A stretch of DNA of 64,000 nt from the NCBI GenBank assembly GCA_037441385.1, contig JBBISH010000010.1:1-64000 (forward strand), in the 5' to 3' direction. The stretch is from Myxococcales bacterium (GTDB lineage Bacteria > Myxococcota_A > UBA9042). Positions 17,415 through 27,763 of the stretch are shown here, in pieces. Each line of letters opens with the position of its first letter. The first letter of the stretch is position 1. The notes below the pieces were generated by a model that worked only from the letters and a program-made list of their open reading frames with translations, was not told the origin of the DNA and did no database searches. The position numbers and the translations under genes are program-made.

Positions 17415-17740
17415 ATGCTGTCTCCGCAACAAGAAGGGGTAGTTCGTGGGTGGGCGGGTCGGGTCAGCCAGCTGCAGCCGGCCGTGGAAGGTGGGCAACC
17501 TGGGCGGTCGCCTGGTGCTGGGAAATACGTTGAACCTGCCGCCGTTCGGCGCGACTCGCTGCTGCCGCGGCGACGCCAGACCTAGTCAGTTGGCTGCCAC
17601 GCGGCCGTAAGGGTAGTCGCGGCGCCGTCCCCGCTCAAGCGCGAACGCGATTTCGGGGTCACGAGACGGTCATATCGCTGCAGCGCCGCGGTGTTGGAGA
17701 AACGTCTGTGCGTCAGCCGCAGCCTGCCGGGCCGCGGCCC

Positions 17741-18943
17741 TCAATAGCGCTGAATGTCGAACTTGCCGCCCACCAGCCAGGCCTTGGTGGTCTTGTCGAC
17801 GGTATTGATCAACTCGGCACTGAAGGTGCCGACGATGCGACCGCTATTGATCTCGCCGAATTCCGTCAATTCCATGTCGTAGTCAGCAGACTTCCAAATC
17901 CACTGTACTTGGGTCTGGTCGTTGCTGCCGTCGTTCACCATGATCACCGAATCGGCAGCCTGGCCATCGACTTGGGTGAACGGGCCGGTGGCATACTCTT
18001 CGATCTTGCCGATCTGAATCTCGACTTTGAAGAGGTCCTTTTCGCCCGAAACCGTCAGAATCTGCGTGAACTTGGAGTACGAGGCGCTGGGCATGTCAAA
18101 GACAATCGGCTTGTCGTCGGCGCCGGGCGTCTTGGTCTTGCTGAAGGTGACCGAGAACTCGTCGGCCTTGCTGAATTGTACGTCCTTTTGCGGACCGACT
18201 AGCGTGTCGCCGGTGCTGATCACCACGCCGTCGGCCTGGCCGGTGGCGGTGTCTTTGGTGGTGCTGCCGGCGTCGGCGGTGGTCTTGGCCGTCAGGGTTG
18301 GCCGGCAGATGCCGCTGACGCAGCCTTGGCCACTGGGGCAGGGCTGATCGGTCCAGGTCAGCGCGTCTACGTTGCAGATCTGGGCGGTCTTGGCGTCTTT
18401 GCACTTGGCCTCGGTGGGGGTGCAGACTTGGGCCACGCAGCCCTTTGCGCCCGACCCAGGGGTGCCGGCCACGCTGCACGACTGGTTGCTGGCACACGGC
18501 GCCTCGGTCACCACGCCGCTCTGGCAGACGAACGACGTGGAAGTCCCGCAGACTACGTCGTCTTTCTTGCAGGTGTTCGGCTTGCACACGCCACCCACGC
18601 AACCCGCCATGGTGGTGCAGGTCTGGACCTTGACCGGCTCGCTGGCGCCGTCGTCGGGGCACTTCATCACGTTCTTGCCGCTGCAGGTCAACTGGCCGCG
18701 CGGGCAGACCACGGGCTTGCACTCGCCGGCTTCGCAGCGATTGTTCTCGCCGCAAAACTGCAGCTTGTAGTCGGTGCCGGCGCTGATGCAGGTCGCGACG
18801 TAGTTGCCCTTGCACACAGGCTTGTCGGACTCTTTGCAGAAGCTGGTGGCGGGGCCGCTGCTGGTCCCGCTGCCGCAGGCGCTCAGCAGCAGGGCAAACA
18901 GGGCGGCGGTGAACCAAAGACAACGGGTGGCGAGGGAACGCAT
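17741..18943 (-). CDS. Cys-rich lipoprotein
   Basis: LLSAC lipobox, Cys-rich modules, T/D-rich linker and beta-rich C-terminal domain. Confidence 0.85.
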   Translation of the reverse strand: MRSLATRCLWFTAALFALLLSACGSGTSSGPATSFCKESDKPVCKGNYVATCISAGTDYKLQFCGENNRCEAGECKPVVCPRGQLTCSGKNVMKCPDDGASEPVKVQTCTTMAGCVGGVCKPNTCKKDDVVCGTSTSFVCQSGVVTEAPCASNQSCSVAGTPGSGAKGCVAQVCTPTEAKCKDAKTAQICNVDALTWTDQPCPSGQGCVSGICRPTLTAKTTADAGSTTKDTATGQADGVVISTGDTLVGPQKDVQFSKADEFSVTFSKTKTPGADDKPIVFDMPSASYSKFTQILTVSGEKDLFKVEIQIGKIEEYATGPFTQVDGQAADSVIMVNDGSNDQTQVQWIWKSADYDMELTEFGEINSGRIVGTFSAELINTVDKTTKAWLVGGKFDIQRY

Positions 18944-19030
18944 CGGCGGCCTACAGGCGGACAGGTGAGTCCGCACTTTGCCGGTTATAGAAAAAATCGG
19001 CTGGTTTGGGTAGGGGCCGGCGCGGCGCGC

Positions 19031-19987
19031 CTACTGGGCCAGCTTCAGGCAGGCGTCGTCTGTCAGACACGGGCCCCAGAACTTGCCGTTGCAGTAGTCG
19101 TTGCAGTTCTGAGTGCCCTTGACCGTCACTCCGGTGGTCGAGCCGCAAGTGGCGACGCAGTCCCGCTTTTCGCCCGCGGTCGCGCACACGTCGTCGGGAC
19201 CGCTGCACAGGTCGGGGCAATCGGCCATCGGCCAGCTGCCGTAGTACGAAGTGTTGCACTGCGCGCCGATCGGCTTGGTGCACAGGTAGCCGCCCACATC
19301 CTTGCTGGCGCCGTCGGTGCACAGGACCGTGGCGGGCAGCTTGGTGCCGTTGCTGCACGTGCCGCCCAGGTCAGCGCAAACGGCTTGTGTGGCGCAGGGT
19401 TGCCATTGGCCGCCGCTGCAGGCTTGGGTGCCCATGATCAGGCCGGGCAGGCCGGCGTTGATGCAGCCGCTGACGTAGGCGATCGGACACTCGACCCAGC
19501 AGCGCTTCAGGGTGCCGGGGCTGCACTCGGCCGGGCCCACATCGGCGCTGCCCGCGTCGGTGGCGGCAGTGTCGCTCGCAGCGCTGTCGGTCGCAGCCGT
19601 GTCGGTCGCGGCCGTGTCGGTCGCAGCGGTGTCGGTCGCGGCCGTGTCGGTCGCTGCGGTGTCGGTCGCTGCGGTGTCGGTCGCAGCGGTGTCGCTGACC
19701 GCAGCGTCTGCGCCTGCGCTGTCCGACTTGGCAGTGTCGGCCGAAGTCGTGTCCTGCCCTGCAGAATCGGCCACTGCGTCGGCGATCGCCCCATCGGCGG
19801 CGGCGGTGTCGGCCTTGGCGTCGTTGCCCCCACCGGCGTCCTTGCCGGCGGCGCTGTCGAACGAAGTCGTGCTGTCTCCGCTGGTGGCCACTGTGTCGGC
19901 GGTGCTGGCCGGCGCCGGGTCCGAGCAGGCGGCAAATGTCCCCGCGCCCAGCAAGACGGCCAGGCGGATCGCGGTAGGGTGGCGCAT
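19031..19987 (-). CDS. Lipoprotein with DTAAT repeat stalk and Cys-rich head
   Basis: AAGGAG RBS then ATG 19987; FAAC lipobox; (DTAAT)n; Cys-rich C-terminus. Confidence 0.85.
   Translation of the reverse strand: MRHPTAIRLAVLLGAGTFAACSDPAPASTADTVATSGDSTTSFDSAAGKDAGGGNDAKADTAAADGAIADAVADSAGQDTTSADTAKSDSAGADAAVSDTAATDTAATDTAATDTAATDTAATDTAATDTAATDSAASDTAATDAGSADVGPAECSPGTLKRCWVECPIAYVSGCINAGLPGLIMGTQACSGGQWQPCATQAVCADLGGTCSNGTKLPATVLCTDGASKDVGGYLCTKPIGAQCNTSYYGSWPMADCPDLCSGPDDVCATAGEKRDCVATCGSTTGVTVKGTQNCNDYCNGKFWGPCLTDDACLKLAQ
19559..19693 (-). repeat. 15-bp coding tandem repeat (DTAAT x7, DSAAS, DTAAT)
   Basis: GTGTCGGTCGCNGCN units on the + strand. Confidence 0.9.
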
Positions 19988-20022
19988 GGGGTTCTCCTTT
20001 ATTTCCATTGGTCTATAGGATG

Positions 20023-21828
20023 TCAGCGCGCGGTGCCAGCTTGGCGCTGCTTGCGCAAGACTTGGGCACGCTGCCGTTGCCGCCCGAGTCGCTCGGCCGC
20101 CAGCGTCAGCAGCTTCTGTGCCCGTTCGGCCTGCTCGCCTTCCACATCGCGCGCCAGGGCTTGCGCGGCGTGCTCCACCGCACCGGCCCAGTCGCCTTCG
20201 CGCAGGCAGCAGTCGGCCAGGTTCAAATACCCTTGCCAATGCTCGGGGTTGGCCTGCACGGCTCGCTCGTACGCCTGCCGAGCCGCCGCAAACTCGCCCG
20301 CCGCCCAATACAGGTCGCCCAGGCTGTTCCACGTGCCCGCCGCGTACCACGGATTGATGCGCAGCGCCTCGGTCAGCAGAGTCTGCGCCAACCCCAGTTC
20401 GCGGTTGCGCCGCAGGGCCACGTCGCCTGCCTCGCCCAGCAGCAGCCAATTGTCGCGCTCGACCAGCAGGGCCTGGCGGTAGGCCTCTAGCGCCGCGCGC
20501 GGATCTTTGCCCACCAACTCGCGGGCTTGCGCCATCAGGGCTTCCAGGCGTTCAAAGGCGCGTTGGTCAAAATGCAGGGCGAACGCCGCGCGCGTGGCGG
20601 GCAGTGCCGCGTGGCTGACCAGGCGGGTCTTGATCGACGCTTCGCCTTCGCCTGGCGGCAGGCTGACTTGTGCCCCGCGCCCGCCCAGTTCCGTCGACCG
20701 CTGCAGCCAGGCATCCAGCGCAAAGTGGTTGATGCCCGACGCGGTCGTGGCGCCGTAGTGCTGGTACAGGTGATTGCCGTTGGCGCGCGCGGCCGTGGCC
20801 GGCCCATAGTCCCGGTACAGCACAAAGCCGCTTGGGCGCAGGGCTTGCAGCTGCAGCGCCAGGCTATGCTGGGCACCGGCCGAGTGAAGCACCCAGACGT
20901 ACTCGTCTTCGCCTTCGGGCACGGGCGGCAGCGCCGCGGTCAATTGATCCGCGATGCGGCGTAGTTCCGGGCCCTCGCCGATGCCATCGGGATCGAAGGG
21001 CGCCAGCGCCAGCACCAGATCGAACAGCGGATACAGCTGCACCAGTTGGGCCAGGGCCGCGGCGTCGCGCTGCTGCGCCAATGCGTGCACCTGTTCGGGG
21101 CTGAGCGCAGAGAACAGCTGCAGATCGGCCACCTTGTCGAGCATGGTCTGGGCAACCACCGCGCCCCAACTTTCGGCGCGGTCCGGGCCGGTCTTGCTGC
21201 GGCGGAACAGGTTGGCCGGCAAGACGCACAGCAAGTAAGTGTGGAAGATCGCTCGCAAACGCCCGGTCAGCTCGATGGTGGTGCCGTCGTCCAGGCGGCG
21301 CAGGTGGGTCGGATCCAGTGCGTCGACCACCGCCAGCACCACGCGGCCGGCGTGACGCTCGAACACTCCGTTTTTCTGAGCGTCCTGCACCATCCGCGGC
21401 GTGCCATCGCTGGCGTACCAAGTCAGGCGATCGTAGTAGTCGCGGCCATGTTCGCGGCACAGCGCGGCAAAGCGGTCGAGCAGCTGCAGCGAGAACAGGC
21501 CCAGGCCAATCGCGAGTTCCAGGCAGGTGATGTCCTGCTCCAGCTCGCCGGCCTGATCCAGCTCCACACAGTTGGCAAAGAGCACTTCGGCGGCGCGGTA
21601 GGCCGACAGCCCGCCTTGGTTGATCAGGTTGGGCACCTGCTGCGAGGTAAAGGCCTGAGTCCCGCGTTGGCCAAACGCGAGCTGGCCCATCTGGAAATCC
21701 AGGCAGCGGTGCAGCGGGGTCCAGTCTTCTAGCAGCAGGGGTGCGGGGGTCTCGGCCGCCGCAGTCGGCTCGCCGGTCGTTTCGGCCGCAGGCGCATCTT
21801 GGGGGGCGGTCTCGGGCTTGTCGGACAT
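20023..21828 (-). CDS. SAM-dependent methyltransferase-like (MidA-type) domain plus TPR protein
   Basis: GAGGTG RBS then ATG 21828. VPNLIN and CLELAIGLG resemble motif I; C-terminal TPRs (AYRQAL, WNSLGDLY, YLNLAD). Confidence 0.75.
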   Translation of the reverse strand: MSDKPETAPQDAPAAETTGEPTAAAETPAPLLLEDWTPLHRCLDFQMGQLAFGQRGTQAFTSQQVPNLINQGGLSAYRAAEVLFANCVELDQAGELEQDITCLELAIGLGLFSLQLLDRFAALCREHGRDYYDRLTWYASDGTPRMVQDAQKNGVFERHAGRVVLAVVDALDPTHLRRLDDGTTIELTGRLRAIFHTYLLCVLPANLFRRSKTGPDRAESWGAVVAQTMLDKVADLQLFSALSPEQVHALAQQRDAAALAQLVQLYPLFDLVLALAPFDPDGIGEGPELRRIADQLTAALPPVPEGEDEYVWVLHSAGAQHSLALQLQALRPSGFVLYRDYGPATAARANGNHLYQHYGATTASGINHFALDAWLQRSTELGGRGAQVSLPPGEGEASIKTRLVSHAALPATRAAFALHFDQRAFERLEALMAQARELVGKDPRAALEAYRQALLVERDNWLLLGEAGDVALRRNRELGLAQTLLTEALRINPWYAAGTWNSLGDLYWAAGEFAAARQAYERAVQANPEHWQGYLNLADCCLREGDWAGAVEHAAQALARDVEGEQAERAQKLLTLAAERLGRQRQRAQVLRKQRQAGTAR

Positions 21829-22013
21829 GGCGCACCTCGGGTTTTGCCGCCGATGCTCGCCCGATGGGGGGCGTTGGTCAAGGCGATCCGCGGAAATGGG
21901 TTTCCGCCGCGCCTCTCGTGCTGGGTGGGCCGCAAATTCGCCGCCTTTGGGGGTGGACGAATCGCGGCGAGAAGCGTGAAGGCCGATTTGTGGTAAATAC
22001 TCAGGCGATCGGG

Positions 22014-22709
22014 CTACAGACCCTGCTGGACGTGGCGCAGCGCGGCCGCGCCGTCGCTCAAGATCGCGCCGTGACCAGGGATGAGGCGGGTCGTCTGACC
22101 AGCGAGTTCGGCCAGGTGCTCGCTCCAGGCGCTTTTGTCCTTGAGCATCATCCACTTGATCAGCCTGGGCGTCGACACGGTATCCAGCGGCGCCAGCAGC
22201 ATCGACATCGGGAACTTCACGTGGCGCGACTCGATGTTCAGGACCGCGTCGCAGGTTGCCACCGTCTGCCCGTCGTCGTGCCGAACCACCAGCAGGGCCT
22301 CTTTGTCGCCCAGGCCGCGCGGGTGGGTCAGCAGCACGCGCTCGTCGGCTGGCAACTCGTCGCACACCAGCTCCACGGGCGCCGCCTTCGAGACGGCCTT
22401 GTGCGCCGCCCGTGGCGCCACCACCCGGGCCTGCGGGTAGCGCTGCTTCCAGATGAAGGTGTCTTGGCGGTGGAACGGGTTGGGCGCCACCAGGTAGGCA
22501 ATGCGGCCAAACTGTTCCAACTCTTGCATGTCGCTCTCGCGCAGCGCGATCGGGTTGAAGATGACCAGATCGCCGTCGCTGCGGCGCGCCACCACCATCT
22601 TGCGCTCGAAGCCCTTGGCCATCCGGCCCGACACGTGCCACAGGTTGCTTTCCAGCTTCTCGATCGGCTGGTTGTTCAGGACGGTCCAGGTGGTGTAGCC
22701 CACGGCCAT
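22014..22709 (-). CDS. DUF4336-like metallo-beta-lactamase-fold protein
   Basis: RKMVVARRSDG, VAPNPFH and IPGHG motifs; AAGGAG RBS. Confidence 0.8.
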   Translation of the reverse strand: MAVGYTTWTVLNNQPIEKLESNLWHVSGRMAKGFERKMVVARRSDGDLVIFNPIALRESDMQELEQFGRIAYLVAPNPFHRQDTFIWKQRYPQARVVAPRAAHKAVSKAAPVELVCDELPADERVLLTHPRGLGDKEALLVVRHDDGQTVATCDAVLNIESRHVKFPMSMLLAPLDTVSTPRLIKWMMLKDKSAWSEHLAELAGQTTRLIPGHGAILSDGAAALRHVQQGL

Positions 22710-22922
22710 GGCGACTCCTTTGCTGCTTCCGTCGCCCGGTGGGGCGCGCAAGAGCGGATGATCGCGGCTGCTCCAGCCATGTCAATAGGCGCGGGCATGG
22801 CGCCCGGCTCTCCGGCGTTCTTGAATGCAATGTTCAGGTGTTGGCCGCTGCTGGGTTGTCGCGGCCGCGGGGCACCGCTAGGGTAGCGCCGTCCCAGTGG
22901 ACACCCGCCCCGCGAGGTTCGA

Positions 22923-23354
22923 ATGCCCATGCAGCTTGCTCACTTCTACCTGAACTTCCCCGGCACCGCCGCCCAAGCCTTCCGCTACTACGAGGGCGTG
23001 TTCGGCACCAAGATTGCCATGATCCAGACCTTTGGCGACACACCGTTTGTGCAAAATGTGCCCGAGTCCGTCAAGGACAAGGTGATGCACGTCCAGCTGC
23101 CGCTGACCGAGACCGTGCACCTGATGGGAAGCGACGTGGTGCCCGGCCTGAGCCCGCCCGTGCAGTTTGGCGATTACGCCCACGTCATGGTGGTGGCTAG
23201 TGACAAAGCCGAGGCAGATCGCGTCTTTGCGGGCCTGAGCGACGGCGGCGTGGTGACCATGCCCATCGGCAACGCCCCGTGGGGCCCCTACTTTGGCATG
23301 TGCAAAGACCGCTTTGGCATCGGCTGGATGGTCAGCCTGACCGGTCCGGCGTAG
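22923..23354 (+). CDS. VOC family PhnB-like protein
   Basis: YLNFPG, VMHVQL, LMGSD and WGPYFGMCKDRFGIGW motifs. Confidence 0.9.
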   Translation: MPMQLAHFYLNFPGTAAQAFRYYEGVFGTKIAMIQTFGDTPFVQNVPESVKDKVMHVQLPLTETVHLMGSDVVPGLSPPVQFGDYAHVMVVASDKAEADRVFAGLSDGGVVTMPIGNAPWGPYFGMCKDRFGIGWMVSLTGPA

Positions 23355-23369
23355 CCCACCTGGCAGAAT

Positions 23370-23786
23370 TCAGCCGCCGGTGACGGTGGTATCCGAGCAC
23401 ATCATCTGGGCCGCCGACGTGCCGCCCGGCACGTAGTCGGGATCGCAAGCGCAGATGCAGCTGTAGGCCGGCCCGGTGGACTGGGCCTTGGCGCGCAGGA
23501 TGCAGGCGTCGACCGCGGTGTTCTTGTCCACTTCTAGGTTTGACGTTGCCGTCCACGGGCCCTGGCAGGTGACGTTGCCGGTCGGGCCCTTCCATTCGCC
23601 CTTGACGCCGGTCTTCCACGCGCAAAGGCAGCCGATGACGTTGTCTGCGGGCTTGCTGCTGGCGTCGCCGCTGTCGCCAGTCACGACGTCGCAGGCCAGC
23701 AGGGTGGCGGCGGCCACGGCCCACAGGGTCAAGCCGGTCAGGGTGCGCGCGGCCGCTTGCCGGGCAAAGTCCAATCCAAGGCGCAT
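23370..23786 (-). CDS. Small Cys-containing lipoprotein
   Basis: TLLAC lipobox; GGAG upstream. Confidence 0.75.
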   Translation of the reverse strand: MRLGLDFARQAAARTLTGLTLWAVAAATLLACDVVTGDSGDASSKPADNVIGCLCAWKTGVKGEWKGPTGNVTCQGPWTATSNLEVDKNTAVDACILRAKAQSTGPAYSCICACDPDYVPGGTSAAQMMCSDTTVTGG

Positions 23787-23985
23787 GATGTCGACTCCGT
23801 GTGGTGGGTGAAGGTACGTTTTGCGTCGGTACCGACGGCAGGATCCCCTTGACCCCGGCAGCCGTCAAGTCTGGCCGCGAGCCCGTCCAGAGAATTCCCA
23901 GCAGCGGCAAAGCTTTGCCTCCTCCCCCTGCAGTGGACCGCGGCCTGTGCCTTGGCAAACGTTGTGCTGCTGCTACGCTGGCGCC

Positions 23986-24351
23986 ATGCCGCAGCCCATC
24001 GCCTTGGATGCCGTCTACCTTGCCCTAGAGCAGCGCTACGACCATGCTTCCGCGCGGGTCCTGTTGGCCGAGGCGCTGGTGGCCGCTGAGCTAGCGGCCC
24101 AGCCGCATTACTCTGCGAGCGAACTCAGTCGGTTGGCTTGGGTGCTGCACGGCTTGGGTGATCGCGTCGAGAAGGCCGCGCAGGCCCTGCTGGAATTGGC
24201 TGGGCAGGCGGCGACGGCCCAAGCCGAGCCCGGTCCCGACGAAGTGTGTCTGGAAGAGTCCGAAATTCCTAGATTCCTGGCCGAACTCGTGCAGGCGGTG
24301 GCCGACGAAGTGCGGGCGCGGCGGCTGCGCGCACCGGGCCAGGTCGACTGA
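23986..24351 (+). CDS. Hypothetical helical protein
   Basis: ATG 23986; coding-like codon usage; fills the gap between neighbours. Confidence 0.6.
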   Translation: MPQPIALDAVYLALEQRYDHASARVLLAEALVAAELAAQPHYSASELSRLAWVLHGLGDRVEKAAQALLELAGQAATAQAEPGPDEVCLEESEIPRFLAELVQAVADEVRARRLRAPGQVD

Positions 24352-24365
24352 ATCCGCCGTCCCCG

Positions 24366-25628
24366 TCACCGCTTTGAGCGCCCGCCGTGACCAGAATGGC
24401 CAGTCTGCACCGCGGTTTTGGGCGTCTGTGGGCGTGGCGGCGGTTTGACCTCGCCCGCAGGCAAGCGGTGCACGGGGGTGAAGCCGGGCTCGTCGACCCG
24501 TGGCAATGACTGACCCAAAAGCTGTTCAATGGCTGCTAGTTGCGGGGCCTCGTCGGCGCTGACCAGCGCCACGGCCTGGCCACTCAACCCGGCGCGTCCG
24601 GTCCGTCCGCTGCGGTGCACGTACTCTTCGGCCACGCCGGGCAGGTCAAAGTGCACGACCGCCGGCAGACCGGCGATGTCCAGGCCGCGCGACGCCACGT
24701 CGGTGGCAAGAAGCGCCCGGAACTCGCCCTCTTTGAAGGCTTTGAGCAGTTCGCGGCGGGTCGCTTGCGGCTTGTCGCCGTGCAAGCCTTGGGCCCGGAC
24801 GCCGTGCTGCTGAAGGTAGGTTGCCAGCGCGTCGACGCGCTCGCGAGTCCGCACGAAGACCAAGACCTGTGGCCAGGGTCGCTGGGCGAGCAGATGGTTC
24901 AGCAACTCCGCCTTGCGCTTCTTGTCGACCGGAATCACCACTTGCGCGATGTGGGGCGGCGCTACGCGCTCGGCGTTCGCCTCGATCTGTGCTGGGTCGC
25001 GCAGCAGCCGCGCGGCCAAGGTTCGTACCTCGCGGGGCATCGTGGCCGAAAATAGGAGTGATTGCCTTGCTCTAGGCAGCAGCGCCTCGATTGCGCTCAG
25101 TTCTTCGGCAAAGCCCAGGTCCAGCAGGCGGTCGGCCTCGTCCAGCACCAGGGCCTGCAACTGCTTGAAGTCGATGCCACTTTGCCGGTGTAGGTCCAGC
25201 AGCCGCCCAGGGGTGGCCACCACCACGTCCATGCCGCGCTGCAGCGCGGTGAGCTGAGGGTTGGCGCCTACGCCGCCGTAGACCGCGTACACCCGTAGTG
25301 GCAAGTGTTTGGCATAGCTCAAGAAACTGGCGCAGACCTGCTCGGCCAGCTCGCGAGTGGGCACCAGCACCAGGGTGCGGACGCAGCGCGGTGCCACCAC
25401 CGGACCCAGCGTGACCAGGCGCTGCAGCAGCGGTAAGGCAAAGGCCCCGGTCTTGCCAGTACCGGTCTGGGCGGTGGCCACCAGATCGCGCCCGGCCAGC
25501 ACGGCGGGGATGGCCGCCCCCTGAATCGCAGTGGGCACGCGCTGTTCCAGGTCGGCCAGCGCCCGCAGCAGTGCCTCGATGAGGCCCAGCTTGGCAAAGT
25601 CGGCGACCTGCTTCTTGCTTGCGTTCAC
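24366..25628 (-). CDS. DEAD-box RNA helicase (RhlE-like)
   Basis: AQTGTGKT, PTRELA, DEAD, SAT, RGLDI and HRSGRTGR motifs. Confidence 0.95.
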   Translation of the reverse strand: MNASKKQVADFAKLGLIEALLRALADLEQRVPTAIQGAAIPAVLAGRDLVATAQTGTGKTGAFALPLLQRLVTLGPVVAPRCVRTLVLVPTRELAEQVCASFLSYAKHLPLRVYAVYGGVGANPQLTALQRGMDVVVATPGRLLDLHRQSGIDFKQLQALVLDEADRLLDLGFAEELSAIEALLPRARQSLLFSATMPREVRTLAARLLRDPAQIEANAERVAPPHIAQVVIPVDKKRKAELLNHLLAQRPWPQVLVFVRTRERVDALATYLQQHGVRAQGLHGDKPQATRRELLKAFKEGEFRALLATDVASRGLDIAGLPAVVHFDLPGVAEEYVHRSGRTGRAGLSGQAVALVSADEAPQLAAIEQLLGQSLPRVDEPGFTPVHRLPAGEVKPPPRPQTPKTAVQTGHSGHGGRSKR

Positions 25629-25811
25629 TGGACTTTCCTGTGGTCGGCGATGGCCTGTCGCGACGGTGCGCGGAAAATGGGGCGCGGAGTATGGGGCGCC
25701 CTTGGGTTGGTCACAAGCGAGGGGCCTCGCTGGGGCCGCCTTGCGTTGTCAGCCTGCGGCGACCGGTCCACAATAGCCTATGCGCTGTAGCCTTGTCGGG
25801 CTCGGTGCGCC

Positions 25812-26954
25812 GTGGAGGCTGCCATTTCTCGCACGCCCAAGCCGCTGACCGCGACCGAGGTGCCGGCGCCCCCCGGACAGCCGCAATTGTGGCAGTTGAG
25901 TGGCGCGCTGGACGCCGGCACGGCCGCCGATCTGCAGCGCCGCTTGAGCCGACAACTCCATAAACAGGCTGGAACTTTGCAGATTGACCTGCGCGGCTTG
26001 ACCGACCTGGACGCCGCCGGTGCCGCCACCCTGGTGGACCTGTGGCGTTTGGGGCAGGCGCGCGGCGTGGACGTGCAGGTGGCGGGCGCAGAGTCGTCGA
26101 TCCTAGAGAAGCTCCAGCAATTTCAGGTGTCGCCGTCGCTGGCGCCCGAGCCGCCGCCGGTGGGCACGTTCGAGGCCCTGGGCGACGCGGCGTGGGCCAA
26201 CGCGCTGGCGCTGCGCGACTTTATCGTGCTGGCCGCGGACGTGACCGTGGGCTCGGTCGAGGCCCTGCTGCGGCCGCACCGGCTGCGCTGGGGCGCCCTG
26301 GCGCAACAGGCGAGCCTGATGGGGTCGCAAGCCCTTGGGATCGTGGGGCTGATCACCTTCCTCATCGGCCTGACCCTGGCCTTCCAGTCGGCCTACCAAC
26401 TGCGCCAGTTTGGTGCGGCCATCTATGTGGCCACGCTGACCGCGATCTCGATGGTGCGCGAGATGGGGCCGCTGATCACGGCGATCTTGGTGGCCGGCCG
26501 ATCGGGGTCGTCGATCACCTCGGAAGTCGCGACCATGAAGGTGGGCGAAGAGATCGACGCCCTGCACGTCATGGGCATCCCGTTTGTCGATTTTGTCGCC
26601 GTGCCCAAGCTGCTGGCGATGCTGATCACCGTGCCGCTGCTCACGGTGTTGGCCGATGTGCTGGGCATCCTGGGCGGCTGGATCGTGGGCATGGTGTACC
26701 TGGACTTGGCGCCGCGGCCCTACCTGCAAAAGACCGTGGACGCGCTGGTGGCCAAGGACCTGGCGACGGGCCTGTTCAAAAGCGCGGTGTTTGCCTGGGG
26801 GATCGCGCTGATCGGCCTGTACTACGGCGCCGGCGTGCGCGGCGGAGCGCAAGAGGTCGGGCGCGCCACCACCGCCTCGGTCGTCAGCGGCATCTTCTTC
26901 ATCATCGTGGCCGACAGCCTGTTCTCGATTTTGTTTTACGTGGTACTGGGATGA
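25812..26954 (+). CDS. MlaE-family ABC permease with N-terminal STAS domain
   Basis: STAS-like DLRGLTDLDAAG; REMGPLITAILVAGRSGS, EEIDAL and VGRATT motifs. Confidence 0.92.
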   Translation: MEAAISRTPKPLTATEVPAPPGQPQLWQLSGALDAGTAADLQRRLSRQLHKQAGTLQIDLRGLTDLDAAGAATLVDLWRLGQARGVDVQVAGAESSILEKLQQFQVSPSLAPEPPPVGTFEALGDAAWANALALRDFIVLAADVTVGSVEALLRPHRLRWGALAQQASLMGSQALGIVGLITFLIGLTLAFQSAYQLRQFGAAIYVATLTAISMVREMGPLITAILVAGRSGSSITSEVATMKVGEEIDALHVMGIPFVDFVAVPKLLAMLITVPLLTVLADVLGILGGWIVGMVYLDLAPRPYLQKTVDALVAKDLATGLFKSAVFAWGIALIGLYYGAGVRGGAQEVGRATTASVVSGIFFIIVADSLFSILFYVVLG

Positions 26955-27763
26955 CCGACCTCTCCCCCGCCCTTGAGGTCCGCGACCTGGTGGTCCGCTA
27001 CGGCGAGCGCACCGTCTTGGCCGGCGTGGACATGAGCGTGCCGGCGGGCGAGATCCGCGTGATTCTGGGCGGCAGCGGCTCGGGCAAAAGCACGCTGCTC
27101 AAGGGGATCCTGGGCCTGACCGACCTCAGCGGCGGCGAGGTCAACCTGCTGGGGCAGCCGATGGTGGGGCTGCCCGAGTCCGAGCGGCGCCGGTTGATGC
27201 AGCGCGTGGGCGTGTTGTTCCAGAACGGAGCGCTGTTCGGTTCGCTGACCGTGGGCGAGAACGTGGCCCTGCCGCTGCGCGAGCACCGCCGGCTGCCCGA
27301 GGGCGCGATCCGCGAGCTGGTGCGCAGCAAGCTGGCGCAGGTGTCGATGAGCCACGCCGAACACCTGTATCCGTCTGAGCTTTCGGGCGGCATGAAGAAG
27401 CGCGCCGGCCTGGCGCGGGCCCTGGCGCTGGACCCCGAGGTGCTGTTCTGCGACGAGCCGTCGGCCGGCCTGGATCCGCAAACCTCGCTGAATCTAGACA
27501 ACTTGCTGCTGCAGCTGCGCGACCGCCTGGGCGTGACCGTGGTCATCGTCACCCACGAACTGGCGAGTATTGAAGGAATCGCCGATTCGCTCATCATGAT
27601 CGGTGCCGGCCGCGTCATCGCCGAGGGACCGGTGGCCGAAGTGCGCCGGCGCGGGATCCCGCAAGTCGACGACTTCTTTGCCCGCATGGTCAAGGCCGAT
27701 GCGCAGGCGACGGTGAGTGCGGCCGCGCTGCTGGGGCTTCAGCCCGACCGCGGAGGTGCCTAG
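26951..27763 (+). CDS. MlaF-like ABC ATPase
   Basis: ATG 26951 overlaps the upstream stop; GGSGSGKS, FQNGALF, LSGGMKKR and DEPSAGLDP motifs. Confidence 0.95.
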   Translation: MTDLSPALEVRDLVVRYGERTVLAGVDMSVPAGEIRVILGGSGSGKSTLLKGILGLTDLSGGEVNLLGQPMVGLPESERRRLMQRVGVLFQNGALFGSLTVGENVALPLREHRRLPEGAIRELVRSKLAQVSMSHAEHLYPSELSGGMKKRAGLARALALDPEVLFCDEPSAGLDPQTSLNLDNLLLQLRDRLGVTVVIVTHELASIEGIADSLIMIGAGRVIAEGPVAEVRRRGIPQVDDFFARMVKADAQATVSAAALLGLQPDRGGA

